NCBI GenBank assembly: GCA_963668675.2
Contig: CAXXMB010000001.1
Coordinates: 64,001 to 128,000 of the forward strand
From: an uncultured Desulfatitalea sp.
GTDB lineage: Bacteria > Desulfobacterota > Desulfobacteria > Desulfobacterales > Desulfosarcinaceae
Direction: 5' to 3'
Length of the DNA stretch: 64,000 nucleotides
Made by a program: the position numbers and the translations under genes. Positions 20,535-29,997 of this stretch are shown piece by piece. The first letter of the stretch is position 1; each line of letters begins with the position of its first letter. Under the pieces are notes generated by a model, which saw only the letters and a program-made list of their open reading frames with translations, did no database searches and was not told the DNA's origin.

Positions 20535-21243
20535 CATCTGTGAAAATGGGATCTGTGTCGACGGATTGCGAAAACGTTACGGCAAGGGAGATACCGCTGT
20601 CGATGCGCTCAGGGGGGTGAATATGCAGGTTGCCCCAGGTGAGGTGGTCGGCTTAATCGGTCCGTCGGGCTCGGGCAAGAGCACCCTGCTCAAATGCCTC
20701 GGAGCGGTCGTCGAACCCACCGCTGGGCGCATGATATTAGGCGGGGGGGTCATCTATGACGATGCGTGGAAGATCTCCGACCTGCGTACCTTGCGGCGCG
20801 ACAAGATCGGTTTTGTCTTTCAGGCCCCCTACTTGATCCCGTTTCTTAATGTCACCGACAATGTCGCCTTGTTGCCGATGCTGGCCGGAAAGGCCAATGG
20901 CGATGCCCGCAAGCGGGCCTTGGAACTGCTCGATGCCCTGGATGTCGTTCACCGGGCCAAAGCCATGCCGCCACAGCTTTCCGGCGGCGAACAGCAGCGT
21001 GTCGCCATCGCCAGGGCCCTGGTGAACCGGCCGCCGGTAATCCTGGCCGATGAACCCACGGCGCCGTTGGATAGCGAACGTGCCTTGGCCGTGATTCGAA
21101 TCCTTAACCAAATGGCCCGGCAATATGAGACGGCCATCATTGTGGTGACGCATGATGAAAAGATCATTCCCACCTTCAAGCGGATCTATCACATCCGCGA
21201 TGGATATACCCATGAAACGACTGGTATAGGGAAGATGGTATAA
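20527..21243 (+). CDS. ABC transporter ATP-binding protein (LolD/MacB type)
   Basis: Motifs [31 protein letters not shown] and VVTHD. Confidence 0.93.
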   Translation: MADICENGICVDGLRKRYGKGDTAVDALRGVNMQVAPGEVVGLIGPSGSGKSTLLKCLGAVVEPTAGRMILGGGVIYDDAWKISDLRTLRRDKIGFVFQAPYLIPFLNVTDNVALLPMLAGKANGDARKRALELLDALDVVHRAKAMPPQLSGGEQQRVAIARALVNRPPVILADEPTAPLDSERALAVIRILNQMARQYETAIIVVTHDEKIIPTFKRIYHIRDGYTHETTGIGKMV

Positions 21244-21271
21244 AAAAGAGTCGATACCCTGATTCCTGACG

Positions 21272-22498
21272 ATGATGCCGAAGGAAAGCATGGAAAAATT
21301 CTATAAAGAGCGGTTCGAGGCCCTGAGGCGTCTGATAAAAAAGACAGCGCCTTTGATGGAAGTCAATGAGATCATCGAAAAAGTCAGGGAAGAATTGCGA
21401 AACATGATTCCCAATGCCATGGAGGTTTGTATTCTTCTGCTTGATCCTGATGCCGAAAAGTATACAAGCCCGCTTCAATGTGCGCTGTACGAGACACCGG
21501 TCAGTTGTCAGGCGTGCAAACGTGACCGCCCCGCAGTTCAAAAGGCGACCTTCCGGAAAAAGCCAGTGGTGGTTTCCCAAAGCGAGCCAATCAGGAGGAT
21601 GGACCATACGCTTGTCACGGTAGGTCCTGAATATGCCATACCGGTTTTAATTGAAAACAGCGTTTTCGCGGTGGTCAGTGTCGTAATTCAGCCCTTTACT
21701 AAATATGCGCTTAAAGATTTCTTTCTTATCAGCGACTGTGCCCAACTGCTCAAAGGGATCATTATAAATGCAAAACGACAATGGGAGATAACCCAGGAAA
21801 AAATCAGAATCAGCAGGATGTTGGACAACATTTCACCATTCGTGCCTGCATCCGTGCGCAATATAGTAGATAAGAATCCGGAAATGCTGACCCAGGAAAA
21901 GAAGAGAAAAGAAGTCAGTGTTCTGTTTTTGGATCTTGAAGGATATACCAAACTGAGCAGTATCAGACCGGATACCGAGGTCAATCGCGTCATAGAGAAG
22001 ATGTTTTCAAGTTTCGTTGACCCGATTCACAGGTCGCATGGCGATATCAACGAAACGTCAGGTGATGCGCTCATGATCATTTTCAAAGACCATGACGCTA
22101 GAACCAATGCGATTAACGCAGTCAAGGCTGCATTCGAAATTGCCGAGCGAAACCGGGCAATCAATAAATCTCTGGCAAGCGTTTCTCAGCCGATTGAGGT
22201 AAATATCGGTATTAATTCCGGTAGTGCGCTTGTGGGAATGACACGCTTTGAAGGCTCCCTGGATACCCGGATGACCTATACGGCAAGTGGTTCGGTGACC
22301 AACATTGCCGCCCGTCTTTCGGATTTTGCCAAAGGTGGTGATATCCTTATCGGAGAAAGAACAAAAAAGATGATTGAAGACGTCTGGCCGTGTTTTGATC
22401 GTGGATTTGCCCAACTCAAAGGAATAAAAGAGGCTGTCAGGATTTATTCCCTGCGCAAGAAGCATGATGGACAACCATCATTTCCGGCCCGACAGTAA
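21272..22498 (+). CDS. class III nucleotidyl (adenylate/guanylate) cyclase with N-terminal Cys-containing GAF-like domain
   Basis: Motifs LFLDLEGYT, INETSGDALMIIF, IGINSG and YTASGSVTNIAARL; N-terminal C-x8-C-x2-C. Confidence 0.88.
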   Translation: MMPKESMEKFYKERFEALRRLIKKTAPLMEVNEIIEKVREELRNMIPNAMEVCILLLDPDAEKYTSPLQCALYETPVSCQACKRDRPAVQKATFRKKPVVVSQSEPIRRMDHTLVTVGPEYAIPVLIENSVFAVVSVVIQPFTKYALKDFFLISDCAQLLKGIIINAKRQWEITQEKIRISRMLDNISPFVPASVRNIVDKNPEMLTQEKKRKEVSVLFLDLEGYTKLSSIRPDTEVNRVIEKMFSSFVDPIHRSHGDINETSGDALMIIFKDHDARTNAINAVKAAFEIAERNRAINKSLASVSQPIEVNIGINSGSALVGMTRFEGSLDTRMTYTASGSVTNIAARLSDFAKGGDILIGERTKKMIEDVWPCFDRGFAQLKGIKEAVRIYSLRKKHDGQPSFPARQ

Positions 22499-22507
22499 TG
22501 AACACTG

Positions 22508-22828
22508 CTATTCTTCGATCGGCTTGCAGTCGTCTTCCGGGAACAGGACCGACAATGCGTCAGGATGACCGACCAGCAGGCTTACGCCATTCGCGCTGGG
22601 CCGCTTGCATGGCTCAGCGCCAAGCGCTTCTGCGACGAGGACCGACGCAGGGGAAAAGTAAACTTTGGCTTCGCAATGAAGACGGCCCGATTCATGGCGT
22701 AGGAAAACCGCTGCGTCAGCGGGGCAGTCATCATTTGCATACGCCGAATGAAAGGCCTCCGCAACCTGGTCTAAGCCCTGGAAGGCCAACATCGCGTCAC
22801 CAAGATTCTTACAATACCATAAGCTCAT
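22508..22828 (-). CDS. conserved-looking hypothetical protein divergent from hcp
   Basis: MSLWYCKNLGDAMLA...VFLRHESGRLHCEAKVYFSP; GAGGA RBS. Confidence 0.7.
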   Translation of the reverse strand: MSLWYCKNLGDAMLAFQGLDQVAEAFHSAYANDDCPADAAVFLRHESGRLHCEAKVYFSPASVLVAEALGAEPCKRPSANGVSLLVGHPDALSVLFPEDDCKPIEE

Positions 22829-22925
22829 TTCTTCCTCGACATACAACATATGTTAATCACTTCAGTACAATGGGCAACCGAATGAATTGTACCTCAATCT
22901 GATATGATTTTTTTATTCGACCTAG

Positions 22926-22968
22926 TTTGCGGCAGCGCAAAGACTGGCTTCAAAAGGGAGGTTATTCT
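22926..22968 (+). promoter_or_regulatory. NnrR-type box plus -10 element (class II activated promoter) of hcp
   Basis: TTTGCG-gcag-CGCAAA at 22926-22941 and TATTCT at 22963-22968. This places the box centre at -41.5 if TATTCT is -12..-7. Confidence 0.75.
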
Positions 22969-23051
22969 CAGTTATAAACGACATCGGATAGGAAAAAAAA
23001 CAAGTGTAAGTTTTCGTTGACCATCAGACACCCCTGTCAAGGGAACTTACC

Positions 23052-23067
23052 CGGGACGTGATTTGCA
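23052..23067 (+). promoter_or_regulatory. possible second, sigma54-type promoter of hcp
   Basis: CGGGACGTGATTTGCA keeps the GG-N10-GC spacing but deviates from TGGCAC. Confidence 0.35.
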
Positions 23068-23132
23068 AAGCAGTTCAATAAAGAGTGACAGAAATAGATA
23101 TAGATTATCTTAACCCAAGAAGGAGGATTTTC

Positions 23133-24797
23133 ATGTTCTGTTTTCAGTGTCAGGAAACCGCTAAAAACACCGGCTGTACCGTCAAAGGCGTGTGCGGCAA
23201 ACCGGAGGAAACGGCCAACCTTCAAGACCTGCTGATTTTCGTGCTCAAGGGGATTTCGGTTTACGGTGAAAAGCTCAAGGAACTGGGGGTGCCGGATCGC
23301 AGCAACGATGATTTCATCGCCCAGGCTCTGTTTGCCACCATCACCAATGCCAACTGGGACGATACTCGCTTCAGCGCCATGATCCAGGAGGGTCTCGATC
23401 GGCGGGATCGACTGAAGGCCTCTTTTCTGGAAGCCTATAAACAGAAAAACGGCAGAGATTTCGACAAGGCGCTGCCCGAGGCGGCCACCTGGGTGGCCGG
23501 CAGTCCGTCCGGCTATGCCGAAAAAGCCAAATCCGTGGGTGTGCTGTCCACCGAAAACGAGGATGTACGCTCATTGCGCGAGCTCTTGGTGATTGGTTTG
23601 AAAGGGGTTGCCGCATATGCGGACCATGCTGCCATCTTGGGATTTCAAAAAGATGCGATTGACGATTTCATGATGGAAGCCCTGGCTTCCACCACAAAGG
23701 AGTTGGCGGTTGATGAGATGGTGGCGCTGGTCATGAAAGCCGGTGATACGGCCGTTGCGACCATGGCGCTGCTGGACGAGGCCAATACCACCGCCTACGG
23801 CAACCCGGAAATGACGCAAGTGAATATCGGTGTCGGCAAAAAACCGGGTATACTGATCACCGGCCATGATTTGAAAGACATGGAGGAACTGCTCAAGCAG
23901 ACCCAAGGCACCGGCGTGGATGTCTATACTCACGGCGAGATGCTGCCGGCCAATTACTATCCGGCCTTTAAAAAGTACGACCATTTTGTGGGCAACTACG
24001 GCGGGTCATGGTGGCATCAGAACAAAGAGTTCGAGTCCTTCAACGGACCGATTCTGTTGACCACCAACTGTCTGGTGCCGTTGAAAAAGGACAACACCTA
24101 CCTCGACCGGCTCTTTACTACCGGTGTGGTGGGGTATGCGGGTGCCACGCACATTGCGGACCGGCCTTCCGGCGGCTGCAAAGATTTTTCAGCCCTGATC
24201 GAAAAAGCCAAGGCCTGCCCGCCGCCCACTGAAATCGAAAGTGGGACCATTGTCGGCGGATTCGCCCATAACCAGGTCCTGGCCTTGGCCGATAAGGTGG
24301 TGGCAGCGGTGAAATCCGGGGCTATCAAACGTTTCGTGGTCATGGCGGGTTGCGACGGTCGCCAGAAATCCCGCAGCTACTATACCGACGTCGCCGAAAA
24401 CCTGCCCAAGGACACGGTGATTCTCACCGCCGGTTGCGCCAAGTACCGCTATAACAAACTGAATCTTGGCGATATCGGCGGCATCCCGCGTGTTTTGGAT
24501 GCCGGCCAGTGTAATGACTCCTACTCCCTGGCCGTGATCGCCTTGAAACTCAAAGAGGTGTTCGGACTGGAAGACATCAACGAGCTGCCGATCTCCTACG
24601 ACATTGCCTGGTACGAACAGAAGGCCGTGGCGGTGCTTCTGGCCCTGCTGGCCCTTGGCGTCAAGGGTATCCGCCTGGGGCCAACGCTGCCGGCTTTTCT
24701 CTCCCCCAACGTCGCCAAGGTGCTGGTGGAGAAGTTTGATATCAAACCCATAGGAACCGTCGAAGACGATATCGCAGCCATGATGGCCGGAAATTAG
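23133..24797 (+). CDS. hcp: hybrid cluster protein (Hcp; NO/hydroxylamine reductase)
   Basis: Motifs [49 protein letters not shown] and WYEQKA. Confidence 0.97.
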   Translation: MFCFQCQETAKNTGCTVKGVCGKPEETANLQDLLIFVLKGISVYGEKLKELGVPDRSNDDFIAQALFATITNANWDDTRFSAMIQEGLDRRDRLKASFLEAYKQKNGRDFDKALPEAATWVAGSPSGYAEKAKSVGVLSTENEDVRSLRELLVIGLKGVAAYADHAAILGFQKDAIDDFMMEALASTTKELAVDEMVALVMKAGDTAVATMALLDEANTTAYGNPEMTQVNIGVGKKPGILITGHDLKDMEELLKQTQGTGVDVYTHGEMLPANYYPAFKKYDHFVGNYGGSWWHQNKEFESFNGPILLTTNCLVPLKKDNTYLDRLFTTGVVGYAGATHIADRPSGGCKDFSALIEKAKACPPPTEIESGTIVGGFAHNQVLALADKVVAAVKSGAIKRFVVMAGCDGRQKSRSYYTDVAENLPKDTVILTAGCAKYRYNKLNLGDIGGIPRVLDAGQCNDSYSLAVIALKLKEVFGLEDINELPISYDIAWYEQKAVAVLLALLALGVKGIRLGPTLPAFLSPNVAKVLVEKFDIKPIGTVEDDIAAMMAGN

Positions 24798-24820
24798 CCG
24801 GTACCTATCCACAAAGGGTT

Positions 24821-24854
24821 GTTTTCCCGATCCGCCGAGGCGGATCGGGAAAAC
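24821..24854. repeat. perfect intergenic hairpin between hcp and fprA
   Basis: GTTTTCCCGATCCGCC-ga-GGCGGATCGGGAAAAC (16-bp stem). Confidence 0.75.
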
Positions 24855-24895
24855 CTATCGGTCCTGGGCACCCTGACTAAAAAGGAGGTACTTTC

Positions 24896-26074
24896 ATGCA
24901 AAAAAGAGAAGTCAAAGCAAAGATTTATTGGCTGGGCGCCATTGATTGGGACCGACGCCTTTTCGACTCCCTCATTCCTCTGCCCGACGGCACGACCTAC
25001 AATGCTTATCTGGTCGAAGGCAGCGCGAAGACCGCCTTACTGGACACGGTCGATCCGCTGATGGTCGATGAATTAATGGCTCAACTGGATGGCGTCTCAG
25101 GAATCGACTACATCGTTTCGCACCACGCCGAGCAGGACCATTCGGGCGCAATTCCGCTGGTCCTCGAGCGGTTTCCGCAAGCCAAGGTGATTGTCACTCC
25201 GAAAGCCAAGGTGATGCTCATGGATCTGCTGAAAATTCCCGAGAGCAGCCTCGTAACCGTGAAAGATGGTGAAGCATTATCACTTGGCGACAAGACCCTG
25301 AAGTTTATTCACACTCCCTGGGTACACTGGCCGGAAACCATGGTGACCTACCTGGAAGAAGATCGAATCCTGTTCAGTTGTGATTTTTATGGTTCCCATA
25401 TCGCCAGCAGCGATATGTTCGTGACGGATCAAGGCCGCGTGCAGGAAGCTGCCAAGCGCTACTTTGCCGAGATCATGATGCCCTTTCGCGGTGTAATTGC
25501 GAAGAATATTGAAAAGCTCGGGGCCTATGACATCCAAACGATCGCCCCAAGCCACGGACAGATCTATGATGATCCGGCCTGGATCATGGCGGATTACCGG
25601 GAGTGGACGATGGCAAGCCCCAAAAACACGGTGGTGCTGCCCTATGTCTCCATGCATGCCAGCACCCGGCAGATGGTGGACCATCTGGTGGCCGCTCTGG
25701 TGAAGAATGGTGTGCGTGTGGAACGGTTCAATTTGACGGTGACCGATATCGGAAAGCTTGCCATGGCCCTGGTCGATGCGGCAACGATTGTCGTCGGGAC
25801 CCCCACAGTCTTGGCCGGCCCCCATCCGTTGGCCGCCTACGCCGCTTTTCTGGCCAACGCCCTGCGCCCCAAGGCGCAATTTTTATCGATCATCGGTTCA
25901 TACGGATGGGGCGGTAAGGCCGTGGAAACCCTGGCGGCAATGATCCCCAACCTCAAGGTCGAGGTGTTGGCACCGGTTTTGTGCAAAGGCGTACCGACGC
26001 AACCTGATTTTGAAGCCCTGGACCACTTGGCCGAAACCATTGCAGCCAAGCACAAGGAAAATGGTTTCGCTTGA
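24896..26074 (+). CDS. fprA: flavodiiron protein (FprA/ROO type; NO/O2 reductase)
   Basis: Motifs GTTYNAYL, HHAEQDHSG, PWVHWPE, SCDFYG and APSHG, plus a flavodoxin domain (GSYGWGG). Confidence 0.93.
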   Translation: MQKREVKAKIYWLGAIDWDRRLFDSLIPLPDGTTYNAYLVEGSAKTALLDTVDPLMVDELMAQLDGVSGIDYIVSHHAEQDHSGAIPLVLERFPQAKVIVTPKAKVMLMDLLKIPESSLVTVKDGEALSLGDKTLKFIHTPWVHWPETMVTYLEEDRILFSCDFYGSHIASSDMFVTDQGRVQEAAKRYFAEIMMPFRGVIAKNIEKLGAYDIQTIAPSHGQIYDDPAWIMADYREWTMASPKNTVVLPYVSMHASTRQMVDHLVAALVKNGVRVERFNLTVTDIGKLAMALVDAATIVVGTPTVLAGPHPLAAYAAFLANALRPKAQFLSIIGSYGWGGKAVETLAAMIPNLKVEVLAPVLCKGVPTQPDFEALDHLAETIAAKHKENGFA

Positions 26075-26093
26075 GAGAAAAAGGATCTCTTTT

Positions 26094-26122
26094 TTGACCT
26101 AAGTCATTTCTGCCGTTATACT
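26094..26122 (+). promoter_or_regulatory. sigma70 promoter of the nar operon with overlapping palindrome
   Basis: TTGACC-N17-TATACT. TTGAC-ctaa-GTCAT (26094-26107) overlaps the -35. Confidence 0.65.
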
Positions 26123-26298
26123 GATTCGGTATGCTTGAGACACTATCCCTGTGAATGCGATCGTTCGCCAGGGAGTGCATCGGCAACATCACCTCGCGGG
26201 AGATATTCAGCTCACCCATTAGAACGACAGGCGACCTTGAACCGGGTCTCTGTCAACGTCATTACCCTCAGGCTCTGCTATCTGTTTAGGAGGTGCCC

Positions 26299-29200
26299 AT
26301 GTCCGAAGGTTCCTTTTTGTCCGCGCTAAGATTTTTCCGCCCCAAAGGGGGGCGTGCCGGCTGTCGTGAAGAAAAAACAGACGATGGGTGGACCCAGACC
26401 CGCTGCGGTCAGCGCGAGTGGGAAGATCTGTATCGCCGCCGTTGGCAGTACGACAAGAAGGTGCGCTCCACCCACGGAGTCAACTGCACCGGTTCCTGCT
26501 CCTGGGATGTCTATGTGAAAGACGGCATCCTGGTGTGGGAGACCCAGGCCACGGACTATCCGGCCTGCGGCGAAGGATACCCCAATCATGAACCGCGCGG
26601 GTGCCCGCGCGGGGCGACATACTCGTGGTACACCTACAGCCCGGTCCGGTTGAAATACCCCTTGATCCGATCCAGCTTGATGGAGATATGGCGTGAGGCG
26701 CTGGAGCGGACCAACGATCCGGTGTCTGCCTGGGAGAGCATCGTCGATGACGAGGAAAAGCGCCGCCGGTTTCACCGGGAGCGCGGCAAGGGCGGGTTCG
26801 TCAGGGCCACTTGGGATCTGGCCGCCACGATGATTGCCGCGTCTCTGATCCACACCATAAAAAAATACGGGCCGGACCGCATTTTCGGGTTTTCGCCGAT
26901 TCCGGCCATGTCCATGGTGTGCTACGCCTCGGGTTCACGGTTTTTGTCATTAATCGGTGCGTCCATGATCAGCTTCTACGACTGGTATTGCGACCTGCCG
27001 CCCGCCTCGCCGCAAATATGGGGGGAACAGACCGATGTGCCCGAAAGCGCAGACTGGTACGAATCGAGCTATTTCATCGTCTGGGGCACCAACCTGCCCA
27101 TGACGCGCACCCCCGATGCTCATTTTTACACAGAGGCCCGCTATCGCGGCGCCCGGGTGGCTGCGGTGGCGCCCGATTACGCTGAGTATGTCAAGTTCGC
27201 CGACACCTGGCTGCCGGCCAAGGCGGGAACCGATGCGGCTCTGGCCATGGCCATGACCCATGTCATTGTCAAGGAGTTCTATGTTGACCGTCAGGTGCCC
27301 TATTTTATCGACTACGCCAAGCAGTATACCGATCTGCCTTTTGTGGTGGTGCTCGAAGAGCGCGGCGACTTCCATGCCCCCGGCCGGTTCCTGCGTGCAG
27401 CGGACCTCGGCCTGGAGACGAACAACGCCCAATGGAAAACCGTGGTGTTTGACGCGGCCAGCGGTGATTTTCATGTTCCCAACGGCAGCATCGGGTTCCG
27501 CTGGAACGAAGAGGGGCGCTGGAACCTGAAGCTGGTGGAAGGCGACCTACCCATCGACCCGCTGCTCAGTTTCGGGGACGCAGCAGATGGATGGCGGGAA
27601 GTCTCTTTTCCGATATTCGAAGTTGCCCGAGCCGGTTCGAAAAAGGGTCTGGTGCCCTTTAAGACCCTTACCTCAGGTTCGACGAAACTGCGCGTGGCGA
27701 CGGTTTTGGATCTGATGGCCGCCCAACTGGGTGTGTCGCTCAAGAATTCACCCTCTGTACCTTCAGACTATCCGACCGACTACACCGATTCCAAAACTTA
27801 TACGCCTGCCTGGCAGGAAGCCATCACCGGCGTACCGGCGGCCGATGCCATCCGGGTGGCGCGCGAGTTCGCCGAAAATGCCGAAAAGACCCGCGGCAAA
27901 TCGATGATCTTCTTAGGGGCCGGGACCAACCACTGGTATCACAGCGACATGATCTATCGCACCATCATCAACCTGACCACCCTGTGCGGTTGCCAGGGGG
28001 TCAACGGCGGCGGTTGGGCGCACTATGTCGGCCAGGAGAAGGTGCGTCCCCAGGCGGCATGGTCCCAGGTGGCCTTCGGTCTGGATTGGAAAAGACCACC
28101 GCGGCTGCAAAACGGCACCTCGTTTTACTATTTCGCCAGCGACCAGTGGCGCTACGACAGCCTGCGGCCTGAAACCGTGTTTTCGCCGCTGGCCGAAAAA
28201 AAGCCGCTTCAGCACATGGCCGACTACAACGTGATCGCCGCCCGCCTGGGATGGCTGCCCTCATATCCCCAGTTCGATCGAAACCCCATCGAACTGGTGC
28301 GCGAAGCCGTGGCCAACGGAGCCGAGTCGGACGAGCAGATTGTGGCCTATGCGGTCGATAAATTGAAGAGGGGCGAGTTGCACTTTGCTGTGGAAGATCC
28401 GGACGACCCGGCCAATTTCCCGAGGGTGCTGTTCCTGTGGCGGGCCAACCTGCTCGGCGCCAGCGGCAAAGGCCATGAGTATTTTCTCAAGCACCTGCTG
28501 GGCGTGGACAGCGCGGTGCTGAGCACGGACAGCGACCTGCGCCCCGAAGAGATCAAATGGCGCGAGCCGGCCCCGGAAGGCAAGCTGGACCTGCTGGTTA
28601 CCCTGGAGCTGCGCATGTCCACCAGTGCCATGTATGCCGACATTGCCCTGCCGGCGGCCGGCTGGTACGAGATGCACGATCTGAACACCACCGACATGCA
28701 CCCGTTCATCCACCCGTTCAACCCGGCCATCGACCCTCCCTGGGAAACCCGCACCAACTGGGAACAGTTTAAAACCATCGCCGAGAAATTCTCGCAAATG
28801 GCGGTCGAACATTTAGGCCCAGTCAAAGACCTGGTGGCTACGCCCCTGATGCACGACAGCCCCGGTGAAATAGCCCAGCCGGACGTCAGGGACTGGCGCA
28901 AAGGTGAAGGCGAGCCGCAACCCGGCCGGACGATGCCCAACCTGACGGTGGTGACCCGCGACTACCCGGCGGTTCATCGCATGATGACCGCCCTGGGCCC
29001 CTTGGCCGCTTCGGTGGGTGTGGGTTCCAAGGGCGTCATGTGGCCGGCCCAGGATGAAGTAGAGGCACTGAAAACCGCATTGGGTACGGTAACCGAGGCG
29101 GGTGCAAGCCAGGGCATGCCGACCATGCACACCGCCAAGCAGGTGGCCGAAACCATTTTGATGCTGGCACCGGAAACCAATGGCGAGACGGCGGTCAAGG

Positions 29201-29997
29201 CCTGGGCCGGCCTGGAAAAGCGCACCGGTTTGTCGCTGCAACACCTGAGCCTGCGCCGTCAGGGCGAGCGATTCAAATTCGATGACTTGACGGCCCAGCC
29301 GCGTAAAATCATCACCTCGCCGATCTGGAGCGGCATCGAATCCGAGGAGCGGCGCTACTCGCCCTTTGTGATCAACATCGAAGAGAAGATCCCTTTCCGG
29401 ACGCTCACGGGTCGGGCCCAGTTCTACCAGGACCACCCCTGGATGCTCGATTTTGGCGAACACATGCCCCTATACCGGCCGCCGATCGATATGCTCAACG
29501 CCGCATCCATCCAAGTGCGCCGCGAGCCGGAGCGAGAGATCGAGCTGAACTACCTGACGCCCCACTCCAAGTGGTCGATCCACAGCACCTATTCGGACAC
29601 CCTGACCATGCTGACCCTGTTTCGCGGTGGCGAAGCGATCTGGATCAACGACGCTGATGCGCTGAAAATAGATATCCGTGACAACGACTGGCTGGAGTGT
29701 TTCAACGGAAATGGGGTGGTGATGGCCAAAGCCGTGGTGAGCCCGCGTATTCCGCCGGGAAAGGCATTTATGTACCATGCCCAGGAGCGCCTGATCAACA
29801 CGCCGGGATCGAAGCTGTCCGGAAAACGCGGCGGCACCCACAACAGCGTCACCCGCATCGTCGTCAAGCCGACCCATATGATCGGCGGCTATGCACAACT
29901 CAGCTATGGGTTTAACTATTACGGCCCCATCGGGTCCCAGCGCGATGAGACGATTATCGTGCGCAAAGCCGGGGAGGTGGACTGGTATGAAGATTAA
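26299..29997 (+). CDS. narG: respiratory nitrate reductase alpha subunit
   Basis: Motifs RSTHGVNCTGSCSW, EPRGCPRGA, SFYDWYCDLP, GGGWAHYVGQEK, TPHSKWSIHSTY and GFNYYGPIG. AGGAGG RBS; no twin-Arg signal. Confidence 0.97.
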   Translation: MSEGSFLSALRFFRPKGGRAGCREEKTDDGWTQTRCGQREWEDLYRRRWQYDKKVRSTHGVNCTGSCSWDVYVKDGILVWETQATDYPACGEGYPNHEPRGCPRGATYSWYTYSPVRLKYPLIRSSLMEIWREALERTNDPVSAWESIVDDEEKRRRFHRERGKGGFVRATWDLAATMIAASLIHTIKKYGPDRIFGFSPIPAMSMVCYASGSRFLSLIGASMISFYDWYCDLPPASPQIWGEQTDVPESADWYESSYFIVWGTNLPMTRTPDAHFYTEARYRGARVAAVAPDYAEYVKFADTWLPAKAGTDAALAMAMTHVIVKEFYVDRQVPYFIDYAKQYTDLPFVVVLEERGDFHAPGRFLRAADLGLETNNAQWKTVVFDAASGDFHVPNGSIGFRWNEEGRWNLKLVEGDLPIDPLLSFGDAADGWREVSFPIFEVARAGSKKGLVPFKTLTSGSTKLRVATVLDLMAAQLGVSLKNSPSVPSDYPTDYTDSKTYTPAWQEAITGVPAADAIRVAREFAENAEKTRGKSMIFLGAGTNHWYHSDMIYRTIINLTTLCGCQGVNGGGWAHYVGQEKVRPQAAWSQVAFGLDWKRPPRLQNGTSFYYFASDQWRYDSLRPETVFSPLAEKKPLQHMADYNVIAARLGWLPSYPQFDRNPIELVREAVANGAESDEQIVAYAVDKLKRGELHFAVEDPDDPANFPRVLFLWRANLLGASGKGHEYFLKHLLGVDSAVLSTDSDLRPEEIKWREPAPEGKLDLLVTLELRMSTSAMYADIALPAAGWYEMHDLNTTDMHPFIHPFNPAIDPPWETRTNWEQFKTIAEKFSQMAVEHLGPVKDLVATPLMHDSPGEIAQPDVRDWRKGEGEPQPGRTMPNLTVVTRDYPAVHRMMTALGPLAASVGVGSKGVMWPAQDEVEALKTALGTVTEAGASQGMPTMHTAKQVAETILMLAPETNGETAVKAWAGLEKRTGLSLQHLSLRRQGERFKFDDLTAQPRKIITSPIWSGIESEERRYSPFVINIEEKIPFRTLTGRAQFYQDHPWMLDFGEHMPLYRPPIDMLNAASIQVRREPEREIELNYLTPHSKWSIHSTYSDTLTMLTLFRGGEAIWINDADALKIDIRDNDWLECFNGNGVVMAKAVVSPRIPPGKAFMYHAQERLINTPGSKLSGKRGGTHNSVTRIVVKPTHMIGGYAQLSYGFNYYGPIGSQRDETIIVRKAGEVDWYED

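Noticed and set aside
23133..24797. Linking 'hcp' to the orphan vgrG as a T6SS tube gene
   Set aside because: Name coincidence only; this is the hybrid cluster protein.
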